Both the position numbers and the translations under genes were made by a program. The notes beneath the pieces are model-generated. The model was not told where the DNA came from, ran no database searches, and saw only the letters and a list, made by a program, of their open reading frames with translations. A stretch of DNA of 45,738 nucleotides, counting the filler, from Jimgerdemannia flammicorona (lineage: Eukaryota), in the NCBI GenBank assembly GCA_003990765.1. It is 2 parts of 2 records of this genome, joined end to end, with 100 filler letters (N's around TTAATTAATTAA, not from the genome) between each part and the next. Parts side by side here need not be neighbours in the genome. Positions count along the whole stretch, not along the records: positions 1 to 22,821 come from RBNJ01001200.1; positions 22,922 to 45,738 come from RBNJ01001201.1. One strand, given 5' to 3'. Of this stretch, positions 20,952 through 33,807 are shown in pieces; within the stretch, counting starts at the first letter, position 1; every line of letters starts with the position of its first letter.

Positions 20952-22647
20952 AGTGATAAATCAGAGTCCTTTACTAGATAGTATCAGATTGGTTGGATTG
21001 AGAATTGACTGAGTGCTGGTGGCTGAATATTGGGACAATATGCTGAATATTGCTAAGATATAGTAGTATTTCTAATTTGATTATTAGAGAGTAGAGATAT
21101 ATAAGAGGTTCCAGGCTGTCTATAGTGAGAGAGAGGATATTAGTACCTTAATATGGCCTTACTCAGATAATATGTAGAGAGGAAACAATTTGTAGTTTTA
21201 GCCAGACAGAAAGTGTCACAATAGAAGGATAGTGGGCTGATAGTTACTGAATGGTGGAGAAGATTCAAGCACTTAGTAAGAGTCTATTGACAGAATATTG
21301 GTAAGGTGGTAGAAAAGAAACAAAAGGATAAAGAGAGAAGGGTTGAGAGAGATTTGTAGTAGAGATTGCAATTGTTGAAAGAGGAGGCACTGATAGAAGA
21401 AGTATATCATTGACTAGCTGAGAAGATAGTAGAGCTGTAGTCAGATCTGAAGGCTATAGAGAATAAAGTAGTAGATGGACTTCTGATCTGGCTGTAGGCC
21501 TAATAGCTAAAGAAAGGAGAGTAATCAACTAAGTATTTATCTGGTGTTTTAAAGACCAGAAGGGTGAGGTATAGCTGGACATCTGTACTGAGAGAGAATA
21601 GTATAAAGATCTTCAATATTACTGATATGTTTATAGAGATTTCTGAGCAATAGTAGGCCCTCTAGTATGATGAGGGTAGGAAGGAGGAAGATAGAGTATT
21701 GGACACTATGAATGCTTCTTTAGTATGAGGCTGATTAGTAGTAGTGTTATCAGAGATAGGTGCTTTTGTGATAGATAGAGTATCTCTAGAGGAAGTATTG
21801 GGGGTTTTGCAGAAGATACTAAGTAGATGATTGCCTGGAGAGAATGGGCCACCTTGAGAGTTCTGGAAGGAATTCTAAGTTGAGTTTGATGTCTGACTTA
21901 TTAAGATAGTGAATTATATGCTAAGTGAGGATAGCTAGATTGAGAATAGTTCTTTAGAATGAGTTTTTCTATTATATAAGAAGAAGGATAACAGAAGAGT
22001 ATGGTAGAACTGAAGACTGATTATGCTGTTAAATGTGGATAGGAAATTGGTCTCAAAAATCTTAGTAGAGAGAATGTAGCAGTAGATTGATAGACTGATG
22101 AGTGAGGAGTAGAGGAGTTTTGTAAAGAGGAGATAGATCAAGAACAGTACTGCTTGGGTGCAAAATGTCTTAGAAGACTGTAGGAGCCATCAGATTAATA
22201 GGAGGATGGTCTTTCTGAATCAAGAGAAGATATATAATAAGATATAATAGAACTATTTGGAGGCAGTATTGCAGAAGACTGGGTTTGGTATTAGAGAGGC
22301 TGGAAGGCTCATGGGACTAGTATATAGATGTTGAGCAGTAGTTCTAATAAATAGTTGGTATGGTCTGAAGTTTTCTTTGGGTAGAGATATTCCTCAGAGA
22401 GATCTGCTCTCTCCTCTCCTCTATATATTCTCTTTGGAATTAGTATTGACTTGACTGAAGGAGCAACTAACTAGATTATAGATGAGAGAGATAGTTTGGA
22501 AGTTAGAGGTCTTTGTAGATGATATGGTAGTGGGGTTAGATTGTATTGAGGATATAGACCTTTTATAAAAGAGAATTGGACAATATGAGAGATTGGCTGG
22601 AGCAAAGTTGAATTGGGAAAAGTATGAGACATTAGAGATGATTACTG
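20949..22647 (+). mobile_element. LINE ORF2 fragment B (divergent subfamily, decayed)
   Basis: RT remnants FLLYKKKD..N*RLIMLLNVDRKL, FLNQEKIY, DIPQRDLLSPLLY and FVDDMVVG. Confidence 0.8.
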
Positions 22648-22821
22648 GGTGGTATGGTGGAGATTGTTGCGGAGGAATGTTATGCTGAATTTCCGCTCAG
22701 GGCATTTGGTGGAGGGTGGACAATTTGACTGCGAGGAGTGTTTTGGTGTTGGGCAAGCTGGGGGTTATGTACAGACGCCGGAACATTGGCTGGGGGAGTG
22801 TGAGGTCTTGGGGGATTTTTG
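22648..22821 (+). mobile_element. Young LINE C-terminal (CCHC) fragment abutting the gap
   Basis: WWRLLRRNVMLNFRSGHLVEGGQFDCEEC..QTPEHWLGEC. CpGs are retained and the junction with fragment B is abrupt. Confidence 0.8.
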
Positions 22822-22921
22822 NNNNNNNNNNNNNNNNNNNNNNNNNNNNNNNNNNNNNNNNNNNNTTAATTAATTAANNNNNNNNNNNNNNNNNNNNNNN
22901 NNNNNNNNNNNNNNNNNNNNN
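22822..22921. other. Assembly gap with artificial TTAATTAATTAA stop-codon linker (22866-22877)
   Basis: N44-TTAATTAATTAA-N44. Confidence 0.95.
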
Positions 22922-25900
22922 CCTTTGATCTCCCTCTGCCCGAGCACCACCTGATCACCCACAACCCGAATTCTTCCACCACTCTTCAGGGAGATGCGCC
23001 ACACCAACCCCCTGCGACCCCCTCCACCCAGCCCCCAACCCCACCACCAGCTATTCAAAATGTCTAAAAGCAGCCATTCCCAACGCGCCATTTTTTCCCC
23101 AGCCCCAACCTGACGTCCATCCTCAAACACATGAACCCAATGTCCCGCCAACCCGACCCACACAGCCAAGGCCCACCCAAGGGTCAGCCACTCGTCTCCA
23201 ACTCCACCCACCAGTCGCCGACGAAGCTCTCCCCATCTCCCCCCTCCCTCTCCCTCCAGAGCACTCAGCCCCACTCAGTTCCCAATACTGCTCCAGAGCT
23301 CTTCCAAAACCTCACATTCACCAAGCCAATGTTCAGGCATTTGTATCATGCCTCCCTCCTGGCCAACATTGCAACATTCCTCGTACTCAAATACTCCACC
23401 ATCTACCAAGTGCCCAGACTGATAGTTCAACATTACATTCCGCTGTAGGACATGCCACCATACCACCCAGAACTTGGGGGGCAGCCAATGCCGCACCCTT
23501 TTGCTCCAGAGCCAGAGTCCATTCCAGTCCCACTCCTCACCAATGCCAACCCTCTGCCAGGCTTCAGGCCGCAGGTCTCCCCCTAGGCCTCACAGACACT
23601 CCAGACCCTCGCCAAGCTGAAAGTCCTCCACCAGAACACCACCCAATAGCAACCGGTCCCACCGCCACATCTGCAGTCCCCAATCCTCCTCAGCTTCATC
23701 ACCACGCCATCGTAGTCCAATCTTCTTAGCACTATCCACCACCCCCCACCAGAAACCAGTAAACTGCATCCTCCCGCTCCCCGCCATGGCCACCATTGCG
23801 AGCAGGTCACCCGAGTCACCCCGTGGAGAATACCGAACCTCCCACAACCGCTGCATGAGTGGCACCCACTCCCGACCTCGAAGCTCACTCACCCTCCTCA
23901 ACCACCAAGCTCGAAGGCATAGGAGCCGCTTAGTAAAGTCCACTAAGCCCAGCCCACCTCGTTCTAAGGGCAGTGTGAGCACCTCCCACCCGATCTGGCT
24001 CCGCCTCCCTCCCCAGATCCATGACCTCACTATTTTTAACAGCCCCTTGATCACCCAAGTTGGGAAGTCCAAATGATAACCCATGTACCACAGCTTCGGC
24101 ATCCAATACACATTCAGTACCATCACCCTTCCAGCTAGGGACATATGCCGGCCTCCCCAACACAGCAGAACATTTCTCCACTCCAATTGTTGACGATCCC
24201 ACCATGCCCGGGGGAGAAGAGAGCCGAACACCGAAAAGTAGATCCCCAGATATTGCACCGGTTCTCCAGCAGGTACTACCATCCCAATGATCTCATCACC
24301 AACAATTCCATCACCTAGCACCAGAGTCTCGCACTTGTGCCAGTTCAGCTTGGCACCAGAGCCCCTCTTGTACCATTCCACAGAACCCTGTAACTCCCCT
24401 ACATCCACCAGGGAGCCCAGCCCGACCACCATGTCATCAGCAAAGGCTCCCACCTTCCAATTCACCCCTAAAATGTCCAAACCCCCAATTCGCTATCGAA
24501 TCCTGTCCAGTAGAGGCTTCAGAGAAAGGGCATACAATATGGGCGACAGGGGGTCCCCTTGGGGCACCCCACGGCCCAGGGGAAAAGTCACCCCCCTGTG
24601 ACCATTAATAACCAATGCTGCCTGACTGTCCTCCAAGAGACTGATCAAAGAACCTCTGAACCCTGGGGGGATACCAATCCACTTCAGCACCCCCTCCAGC
24701 CATATCCTCCGCACTCTATCATAAGCCTTCTCCTGGTCCAGAAACACCAGACATCCATCAACTCCTGCCGCCCGGGCACCTTCAATTACTCCATGAACCC
24801 AAGCCGTCCCATCTCGAATCAACTGACCACCGACGAACCCACGCTGCTCCACACCAAGCACCTGTTGAGCAATGCCTTGCAACCTTATCACCAAGATCTT
24901 GGTCACCAATTTGCAGTCCATGTCAAGAAGCATAATAGGCTGCCAGTTCTTCCAGTCCTCATGCCTCCTCTTGTTCTTGTAGATCAAGGAGACTAACCCT
25001 AAGTGCTGTCCCCCAATCCAGGCCCCAGACCGAAGAACTTCATCACACATAGCAGTCATCTCTTCTAGCACCTCGTCAACTCCAACCATCTTCTGCCAGA
25101 AATCCCAGAGAAGCCCATCCTCTCCTAGGGCAGTTCCTTTACTCGTTGAAGCCATAACTCTGCGAATTTCCTCGCCACACACTGGGTCCCCCAATGTCCC
25201 AAGCCCCATCGCAGGGTCTGGGTGCCAATCCCCCAGCTGCCTCTCAATGTTCAGAGCATCCATTCCTCCCTCCTCCTCACTCTACAAATTCCCCCACCGG
25301 TCCCTCAATATGCCCAGAATTGCCGGCGACCCCACCACCAGCTCACCATTCATATCCAGAACCCCTTCCCACCACTGCCTCATTTGTTGGGCTTGTAACA
25401 TCCTCGACAAAAACCTAGTAGGCCTCTCCCCCTCCTCCAGCCCCTGCCACCGCAAGCGGGCCACCATCCCCTGCAGCTTCACCTCCTCCACTTTATGTAA
25501 TACTCCAGTAAGCTCTTCGACCTCCTGCCGGATTCTCACAATATGCCAATCAGTCACATCCCCATCTTCCAGCACACCTGCCCATCTCCCCAAGAGAGCT
25601 GCCAGACGCCGTGAGGCCCACAGCACCTTCTGCCTTCGCTGGGTACCCTTCCCTCTCCCCGCTTCCCTCCAGTACCTCTGGGCAGTTGCCTTCAGTCTCC
25701 TCCAACGGTCTCCGATCCCTAGGCCCTGTTCCCGCCACCTACAGATCTTCCCAACCACCGCCGTCTCCCAACCCTCCCACACCACCCTATCCTCCAACAA
25801 TGAAGAATTTAGCTGCCAATGTCCAGGCCCATCCTCATTTCCCCCAAACCTCCCCCCTCCAAGCAGCCCCCAGTGATCAGACCATGGACACCACACCACT

Positions 25901-26553
25901 TCCAGCACCAACCAGACGTCTACACCCCAACACTCTGCTGTCAGAACCCAGTCAATCCTGGAGCCCAGCCCTGCTGCCCAGTGGGTGTACACCCGCCGAT
26001 CAGCCCAGTGGTGTCTTCCTGCATCCACTAAAGAACACAGTCTCTCTATTTCCAGCCATTCGCCCAGCCCACCACTTTCGCCCTGCACACCTCTCCCGCC
26101 ATCTGTTCTATCCACCTCCTTATCCCGTACCATGTTGAAGTCCCCCCCCACACAATCCAGGCCAACCTCTCCCAATACCCCAGCCTCTTTCAAATGGTGC
26201 ATCCCATCCACCCTCTCTCCTCTTTCAGCTGGGCAATAACAAGACCCAACCATCAATGAGCCCCTTCCAGGCCTCTTCCACATACCCCACACCACCCGAG
26301 ACCCCCAATGTCCAATGTCCACAATGTCCCCCATCCCTTTCTGAACAAGAATACACACTTTCCCCCTCCAAACTGCCGCGCCCCCCCATTCCTTCGTCCA
26401 ATCCTGTAAGTCCACATCTTCCTCATATCTAACATCCTGTAACAAGAAGAGGTCCGCATCCAATCCCTTAAGCCATCCAAATATGTACTTCCTCCTAGCT
26501 GCCCCCCACAACCCATTAACATTCAATGAGAATATCTTAGTTATACTGTTCAT
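22922..26553 (-). pseudogene. LINE ORF2: APE endonuclease + reverse transcriptase + CCHC knuckle, four in-frame stops
   Basis: SLNVNGL, GGDFN, SRIDWVL, WSDHW; FLDQEKAYD, GVPQGDPLSPILY, AFADD, GGLGL; CEEC..EHWLGEC. All five ORF fragments share one frame. Confidence 0.95.
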
Positions 26554-26598
26554 ATTGAAGGAATGTTGATTTGTCGACCCCAACCTAATATTCCATAC

Positions 26599-28507
26599 TC
26601 ATCTCATCCCCAGCCAGATCCAAGCACCATTCAGCTTCCAAGTCGCCCTCCACAATAGCCTGAGCATCCAATGCCTCCAAGATTTCCTGACATTCCACCC
26701 CATCCATGACCTCCATATCTGACCAGTAGTCCAAGCAGACTGTGCGCCACTTCTCCAGTCCCTTCCTCGAATTCTACAAGAAAAGTGCCCTGTCACTTGC
26801 AATCTTCCAAAGCTCCTCCTCCCGCTGATCATCCACTTGATATTCAACCGACTCCAGGAGGACAGCCAGGATCTCATTCCTCATCTTCCTCGGCACTTCC
26901 TCCCCTCGAAGGATCTCCTCCCAATGTCTCTCTTCCATCACCCAGAAGTCCTCACCCCCCAGCTCTTCAGCCGCGACCCCTTCCAAGGTCTTCCACATCC
27001 ACTTCTCCTCATCCACTGCCTCCGCTGCACCCTGAGCAATTTGTCCCCCATCTACCTCGGGGTCCATCAGCGCACTCCTCCTCACGGACTCATCCCACTC
27101 CTCATCCGGCACATTCAGCAGCTCCTCCTCCCCCTCGGCCCCACCCGGGACACTATACTGAGGGTGCACACCCTCCCCCATTTCGGCATCCGCCTCCAAC
27201 TCGCCTCCCATCTCTTCCCCCACTCCAATCTGCGCCCCGCCCTGGGCCATTCCTCCCCCCTCAGCCCAGACGCTCTCCTGCAACCCTGCAGCTACCTCCA
27301 CTGAGCTCCCACCAGCCCTATCCCCACCCAATCTCGCCAGTAGCTCCTTCTGAATTTTCCTTCCCTGCATCTTCTCCCAAGCCCCCTTCTCCATCCGGAC
27401 CCTCTTTCCCTCCACCTCCCCTACCACGGTCCGGGCCTCAAACTCCTTCCAGGCCAGTCTCCTCCTTGCAACTGCCCCCTCCAGGTCCTCCAGCGCCTCC
27501 AACAGGTCCTCCTCCTCCTCCTGAGTCCCCTTCACCCTCGCGACCTTACACTCCACTGGTCCCCACCTCAGAGTCGCTGGCCAGTCCCTCGACTTTCCTG
27601 TATTCTCCCTCCCAAACAGCCTCACCCTGACATCAATGTCACCAGTCCTCAGCGTCGTGCCCTCCCAGACCTTAAACCCAACATCCACAATCTCTCCAAA
27701 TTCCTTGATCGCCTCCACAACCAGCTCTCTGGTCCTCTCCTTCACCATAGTCGGGAGATCCAGCACCGTCAACTGCACCACCCGGGGGTCCCAGTGCATG
27801 CACCGAGCCATAGGGACCACCACCCCACCCACCGTCACCCCCTTCTCCATGGCTACCAACAGGGCGTCTTCCTCCTCAAACCCCACCTCAACCCCCTCCT
27901 TTCCCTTCAAAAACTTCACTGACGCTACTCTCTTCGCCTCCTGCACCACCAGCCCCAAAATCATCCTCGCCGTCACCGCCAAGCCCCAGAAGCACATAGT
28001 GACTGCGAATTCCGACCTCGACTTCTTGAGTAACGGGGCTGACACCATGCCCATCATGCCATCTGCCAGGTCCCCGGGCCTTGTGCCCGCTCCCAGTCCT
28101 GAATTGCCAACCGCCGTCACATCTGGATTTTTTGCCAGATCCCCAGTCACAGCCCCATCAGCAGTCACAGCACCATCTCCAGCCCCTACACCGGCTCCTA
28201 CCCTACCACCAGAGGCTCGCCTGGGCACACCTCCCTGTCTCCCAGCAGCTGCCATCGACGCCTTCCCCAAGCCCAGCCAACCATCCAACCCAGAAGCCAT
28301 CTGCCCCATTCTGACCTTGTCCACAAAGGTCGACCTCTCTCCTCCTCTCTGCCTCAGACCACCCCTTCCACTACCGCCAGTGCCTCTACCCATCATCGAG
28401 GCCTCTGGCATCCCCAAACCATCACCCCTCCTCCCCACCTGCTGCCAGCCAAAGGCACTGTCACCCCCCTGGCCAGTACACCCACCAGTTTGATCGTTGC
28501 TGTCCAT
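26599..28507 (-). pseudogene. LINE ORF1 (gag-like nucleic-acid-binding protein), 577 aa open, then frameshift near the C-terminus
   Basis: ORF 26774-28507 lies upstream of ORF2 and is homologous to 35250-35789 and 40084-41614. Confidence 0.8.
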
Positions 28508-28579
28508 GTTGCTAGTTGTCAGACACCAAAAACATTGTAAAAAGTGTTGTCCGAGTCTTGTGTCACCCGAATGTTACTG

Positions 28580-30206
28580 CCCCTCCCAACATCTCTTCAC
28601 ACTGCATATTCCTCGACATGGCTTGCTTGCTGTCCATTCCTGGATGCACTCACTCTTGCTTGATTTTGGACTATGCCATATGTACCATGCTTAAATCAGT
28701 CAAGCAATTGCCTTTATATTTGCTCATAGTCACTAATAAGAATCATGGTTTTGCACTTATTTCTAAGTTGCTCTACCTTGATGACCTTTCTGCCCTCCTT
28801 CGAGCTGTGGCTTACGAGCCTAGTGCTCTTGAATTGGATGAGGTTCTCACTCTTCTTCAGGTTTCTCTGGCTCATGCCAGATTGCTTTTAGATTCCCCAT
28901 TTGCGAATCCCATTTTTAACTTCTTCCAGGACTCTTTGTCCTCTCTTGACATTTGTCTTCTAGTTTTCTATGCCCTTTCTAAGGTTCACAAGCCTACTTT
29001 GGCTTGGCATCCCATTATGGCTGCTTATAATTCCCCCACCACCAAGATTTTGAAGTGGTTATCCCACTTCTTCCTCTCCTGGATGGCTCTCTTACAACAC
29101 CATCTTGGGCCTGAGTATACTATTCTTCATGATACTCAGGAACTTGCCCTTCTCTGCTCAACCATTGTATCTGTTCACTATTTTTCCCATTTGGCCTCTG
29201 GTGATTTTTCCTCCTTCTATACTGCTATTCATTTTGATGAGATCAATGATTGCCTTTGCTTCTTGGGTTCCATTGTCTTTCCTTTGGATTCTCCAGTCTC
29301 GTTGGCTTCCATTGTTGAGCTTATGCTCCTCATCTGTAGCTCTAATTATTTTGAGTCAGCCCTTGGCTCCTTCCACCAGACTTCTGGTATTGCCATGGGT
29401 ACGAATTGTACCCCCACCCTTGCCAATCTTGTTGACCTGGCCCATGAACTTCATGTGATATGTGATCTTTCTTCACCTCTTTCTATCATGTTCTGGGCTG
29501 GGGATATCTTCTTTTGCTGATACATCAATGACTTTATTGTCTTTGCTGTTGCTGGTATTGATATCTCTAGAGTGTTTCTGGGCATCTACCCTCCCCACCA
29601 CTCTATTACTTGGGTGAATGATATGACTAGTATTCCCTTTTTGGACCTTTCCATTTCTCTTTCTCCTTTTCAAACTGTTGTTTATTCTCGTTTTCCATGT
29701 TCCCTGACTTCTTGTCCAACCATCCTCATCACACTCTTCTTGAATGTGTTCGTGGTGAGACTTATTGTCTTGTACTATGCTGCTCCCATCATTCTGATTG
29801 GATGTCTGCTGTTCGAGTTCTTGATAACTTCATGGTCCAACATCATGTCTACCCAATTTCTATCATTCGTGATCTGCTTGCTTCTGTTGAATGGTCTGTT
29901 GTTTGCTCTTCCCTTCTCTCTCCTCTTAATCCCCCTTCTCTTCCCTCTCTCCCCCCTTACCCTCTCTGTACCCCCTCTTCTTTCCCACCCCCAATTCTTG
30001 TTGTACCATTTGATCATGCTCGCTGGATTGCTCAATGCCCTGATACTGTCCTGCACTCTTCTCTCTCATGCCATGAACTTTCATCTCTTTCTCGATGCCC
30101 TCTAATTGCTCATTCACATCTTTCTTCTATTTCTTCTTTAATCCATCACTCTCATTTTGCATTTTCGTCACCTTCTGGTGCCTCCAGCTCTGCTGGAGAG
30201 GATTAA
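28580..30206 (+). mobile_element. Penelope-like element reverse transcriptase, disrupted, with no GIY-YIG endonuclease downstream
   Basis: FYALSKVHKP..WHPIMAAYNSPT, GDFSSFYTAI, NYF..FHQTSGIAMGT.CTPTLANL, *YIND (RYIDD), IPFLDLSI and thumb SNHPHH..RGET. The 5' part is cut by LINE C. Confidence 0.85.
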
Positions 30207-30859
30207 AAAACATCCTTGCCCCCTCTGGGGTCTCGTGCTTTCTCCAGGGTTTTGGCCTTACTCTGCTCCCCTCTGCTACCTTCGGCCCCTCACTTTGTTC
30301 GGGCTCACTGTGGCTTGCTCCATTTTGGCCTCACCCCTCGCTCATGCTCACCTCTCTGGGGTCTGCAGATGTTTTTTAATCCTGATTTGGATTTGTTTTG
30401 TTTGTGTTTGTTTGTGATTTTTATCCTGCAACTGGGATTGGCTCCTCTCTTATATCTGCTTATCTCCAGTAGTCATGTGGTTCCTAATTCAGTTCACCCC
30501 AAGTTGTGGCACATCCTCCCTTTTGGGACATCATATTTTGTATATAAGGACTATGTTTTTATATGGCAATAAATGGCTGATGCAATTTCAGTTACATTCT
30601 TTGTTCATCCCCCTTATACATGCTCTTCTACATATCTTCCATTCATTTTGACACTGGTTCTGGGTTCACTGCCATGGCTCCCACTGGGCCTTCTTCCTTC
30701 TCTATTATACTTCAAGGGATATGCCTGCCAAAAGCTACTTAATTCAGGAAGGATTGCAACACTTAGGAGAAATGTCTGCTTTGTGAGCATTGGTTCCTCT
30801 TTCTACTCCTGTTCACTTTCTGATACAATGAAGAGTTTGTTATGTTTTTGGTTTGCTTG

Positions 30860-31570
30860 CCAGATAAGCCTGAAGTTTGCCACCAAGTTCAAGGAAGAAC
30901 TTCACTACCATTTCGAAGTTAATCACTGCATTCATAGAAGAGCTGCCTTTCTTGGCACAAGTCAGTCTATCTGATGCAACTTCGCAGTAGAGCCAGTCTA
31001 TGATATAACTCCATGCAAATGAAGCCAGTCTTTGATGTAACTTACCAAGAACCCAAGTTAATTCCCAGTTGAAGCCACCATTTTCAAGTTATCTGCATTC
31101 CCAATTGAAGCTGCCAATTCAGGAAGAATCTATGCCACCTGAGTTATTATTCCCAGAAGAGCCCAATTTGCACCATCTGAGTTTCTTCATCATCTGAGTT
31201 ATCTATGCAATCTGAGTTATTCATTGTTCTCAGTGAGCCCGAGTTATTGAGTTATCTGCCACCAGTATAATTCCCAGTAAGAAGAATCTGCACCATTCTC
31301 TATTCCCAGTAAATCTGCACCCAAATCAAGTTATCCACTGTCATGTCAGAAATTGCATACTTTTGAAGATCATCATGCTACACAGGGATCACTGTGCTAT
31401 ACAGAGATCATTATGTAGAAATCATATACTTTTGGAGATCACCACCCAAGAAGGAGAACTGCTAAATTACCTGACCATCACACACAGAGATCATTGTACT
31501 ACACATGAAATTCTACCCATTCCCAGTTGACCTAAGAAGGAAAAGACATATAAATCACCACTACATGCAA
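30860..31570. repeat. Degenerate short-motif repeat region (TTCCCAGT, GAGTTATC, ATCTGCACC, GATCA..CTACAC)
   Basis: Recurrent 8-12 bp motifs with no clear coding signal. Confidence 0.5.
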
Positions 31571-31949
31571 AGAACTATCCAATAAGAAAACTGCTTGCAG
31601 ATATCCAGCTTTGACTATTATACCACTAAATACCAAGAACATTTTATTGCTTTTAACAAATTAACTAGGGGTTCAAGCCAAACTACATCAACCTCCAACC
31701 TTGTAATTTGCCTCCATTGAGCCAGGCACATTACACTAGAAAGATTTTTGCAATATTTAGAAAGTGTAACCTAATAAGAAATTGTCAAAATCATCCTTTT
31801 TTTTTTATTATTTTTTCTTTTTCTCTTTTCATAAACACTGGACCCCTTTATTAACTAAACCATAATAAATATATGATCCTCATACTATACCAGTAGTTCT
31901 AATCCAACTCCATACCACTCTACTCCATCTCAATACTATAAGTTTACAA

Positions 31950-32600
31950 CCTCCAAGTCTTCAAAATTATATATCATCCTCAGAACAAATTACGAAATCA
32001 TATATAAGATTATGAAGCTGAGTCAACTCAAAGTTATAAAACATAAGACTTATGGAAACATAACCTTACTAATCATGTTTGAAGACTTACATATCAGATA
32101 TATAGTATTCTAAAACAGAAAATCTCAACAAACCAAATAATATCCATAACTCTCAAACATATACCCAGCTATAACCACTGAAGTCCAAAACTATATCTGT
32201 ATTAATATTTGGAATACTATTATAACTGGGATATAGTACTCTTGCATCTTAAGAATATCTATAATCTAGTACTCCTCTATTTTGTATAAGTCTGATAGAA
32301 TACTCTGAATATACTTAGTAAGATTAACTGAATTAGACAAATCTCAAACTACTATCAGATTGACTGTCTCTTAAAAGATTTAGTTAATCACTACTATAAT
32401 AAGATATTATTAAAATATCTCAATACCAGAAACTCATCACCTACTAATACCAAGAACTCTTTTATAAGTATAGTATTTTTATTTTCTACCTCTGAGTCAC
32501 TATTGCTAAAATGATTACCACTCTAACCTATGGCCAAATTGCAAATATAATATAAGAACTCTACTAGAAATATATCAAAGATGTCCAAACTATAGATAGA
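31950..32600 (+). mobile_element. Unclassified repeated element, copy 2 (homologous to 3080-4330 minus)
   Basis: Collinear blocks AAGCTGAGTCAA..AAGTTA..AACATAAGA and ATTAGACAAATCTCAAACTACTATCAGATTGAC. Confidence 0.7.
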
Positions 32601-32648
32601 TCCTTTTTGTATCAGATGACTATATCTTATAAATACTCTAAGTTAGAT

Positions 32649-33800
32649 TGTTAAAATGGCAACTTGATATATCAGTATATGACCTTATGTTATTTTATCA
32701 GATTTACATCATTCATCAATAAATATTAAATATATACTCTATACAACTTCAATGAAATGCCCATTCTTTCACAATAAAGATTATGAACCCTGTTAGCACT
32801 AAGTGGCTATAGCAAAACACCTCTTTAAAATACACTATGCTAGAAATGTGTGATGATCAGTCTAGCAAGATGAGCATGAAAATAGAAATACCAATTACAA
32901 GCATTCTTCCCACAGGTGTAACCTCAACAGTTATGGGAAATACAGTTCTAGTTATTAGTATAAATCCACCCAAGAGGTCCATCTCAATCTTTGATAGAAA
33001 GGACTACACTATTTGGATATTTTATATGATGAATCTTCTCAATGAATATGTCTTGGCAGAGTATATGAAGCCACAAGTACTAATCCAAGATTATGATACC
33101 ATAAACAATCACTGAGCTTTATGTGAGATCACATTCACATTGTCAAATTCACAATTGAAGCTTATAATATATTCTGAGATAGCTCATGAGGTATGGAAGA
33201 CCCTATACAATCATCACATATAAGCATTTATATTGAATCGATTCCATCTAAAATCTCAGCTATTCAATCAACAAATAAAGCCAAAGAAAATGATCTGTAA
33301 ATATACCAGTTATATTAATGATCTGGTGAATTAGGTGAATTTCCTAAGTATGTCTATACAGGGCATAAGTGATAAAGATAAGGTCTTGGCTCTTATAAGG
33401 AATCTCTCTGAGATATATTATATTGTAGTGACCATCATATCAGAGAGCAGTAAGCTCATAGAGTATACTTATGTGATAATGAGCGTCATGAATAAGAAAA
33501 TATACTAAGGAAATAGTACTATCAATGATGACAAAAATGCCATCTATGGGTCCCATGGATGCAGCACCAAACAAGGTGAAAAGCATAGGCAACAAGACCA
33601 AAGAAGACAAATCCAAACCTTAGCTTAATAATATAATAATCAGTCTACCAATTAATCAAACAAGTATGATAATTACTATGAATACTACAGCAAGTATGGA
33701 TATAGGAAGCACACTATTATCATTGGAAAAATAACAAGAAGAACAATGAGAATAGGTATAGTAAAAGTCAGTATAGGAACTATCATGGCAAATAAACACC
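32649..33800 (+). mobile_element. Ty1/copia LTR retrotransposon 5' remnant (candidate short LTR, PBS, gag)
   Basis: gag-like FDRKDYTIW..M.NLL, AHEVWKTL and ISDKDKVLALIRNLSEIY. GATTATGAACCC at 32779-32790 resembles the copia GGTTATGAGCCC primer site. Candidate TG..CA LTR at 32649-32773. Confidence 0.75.
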
Positions 33801-33807
33801 TTTCTCC

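Larger units (their letters stand above)
22922..28579 (-). mobile_element. L1/Tx1-type LINE copy C, near full length, youngest long copy
   Basis: 5' end CAGTAACATTCGGGTGACAC is shared with copies D and E. ORF1 and ORF2 are present. The 3' end is lost in the gap. Confidence 0.95.

Noticed and set aside
22866..22877. TTAATTAATTAA palindrome
   Set aside because: Artificial linker centred in an N gap. Adjacency across it is not biological evidence.
23131..28493. Long Pro/Ser-rich plus-strand ORFs
   Set aside because: Antisense shadows of the G-rich LINE ORF1/ORF2.
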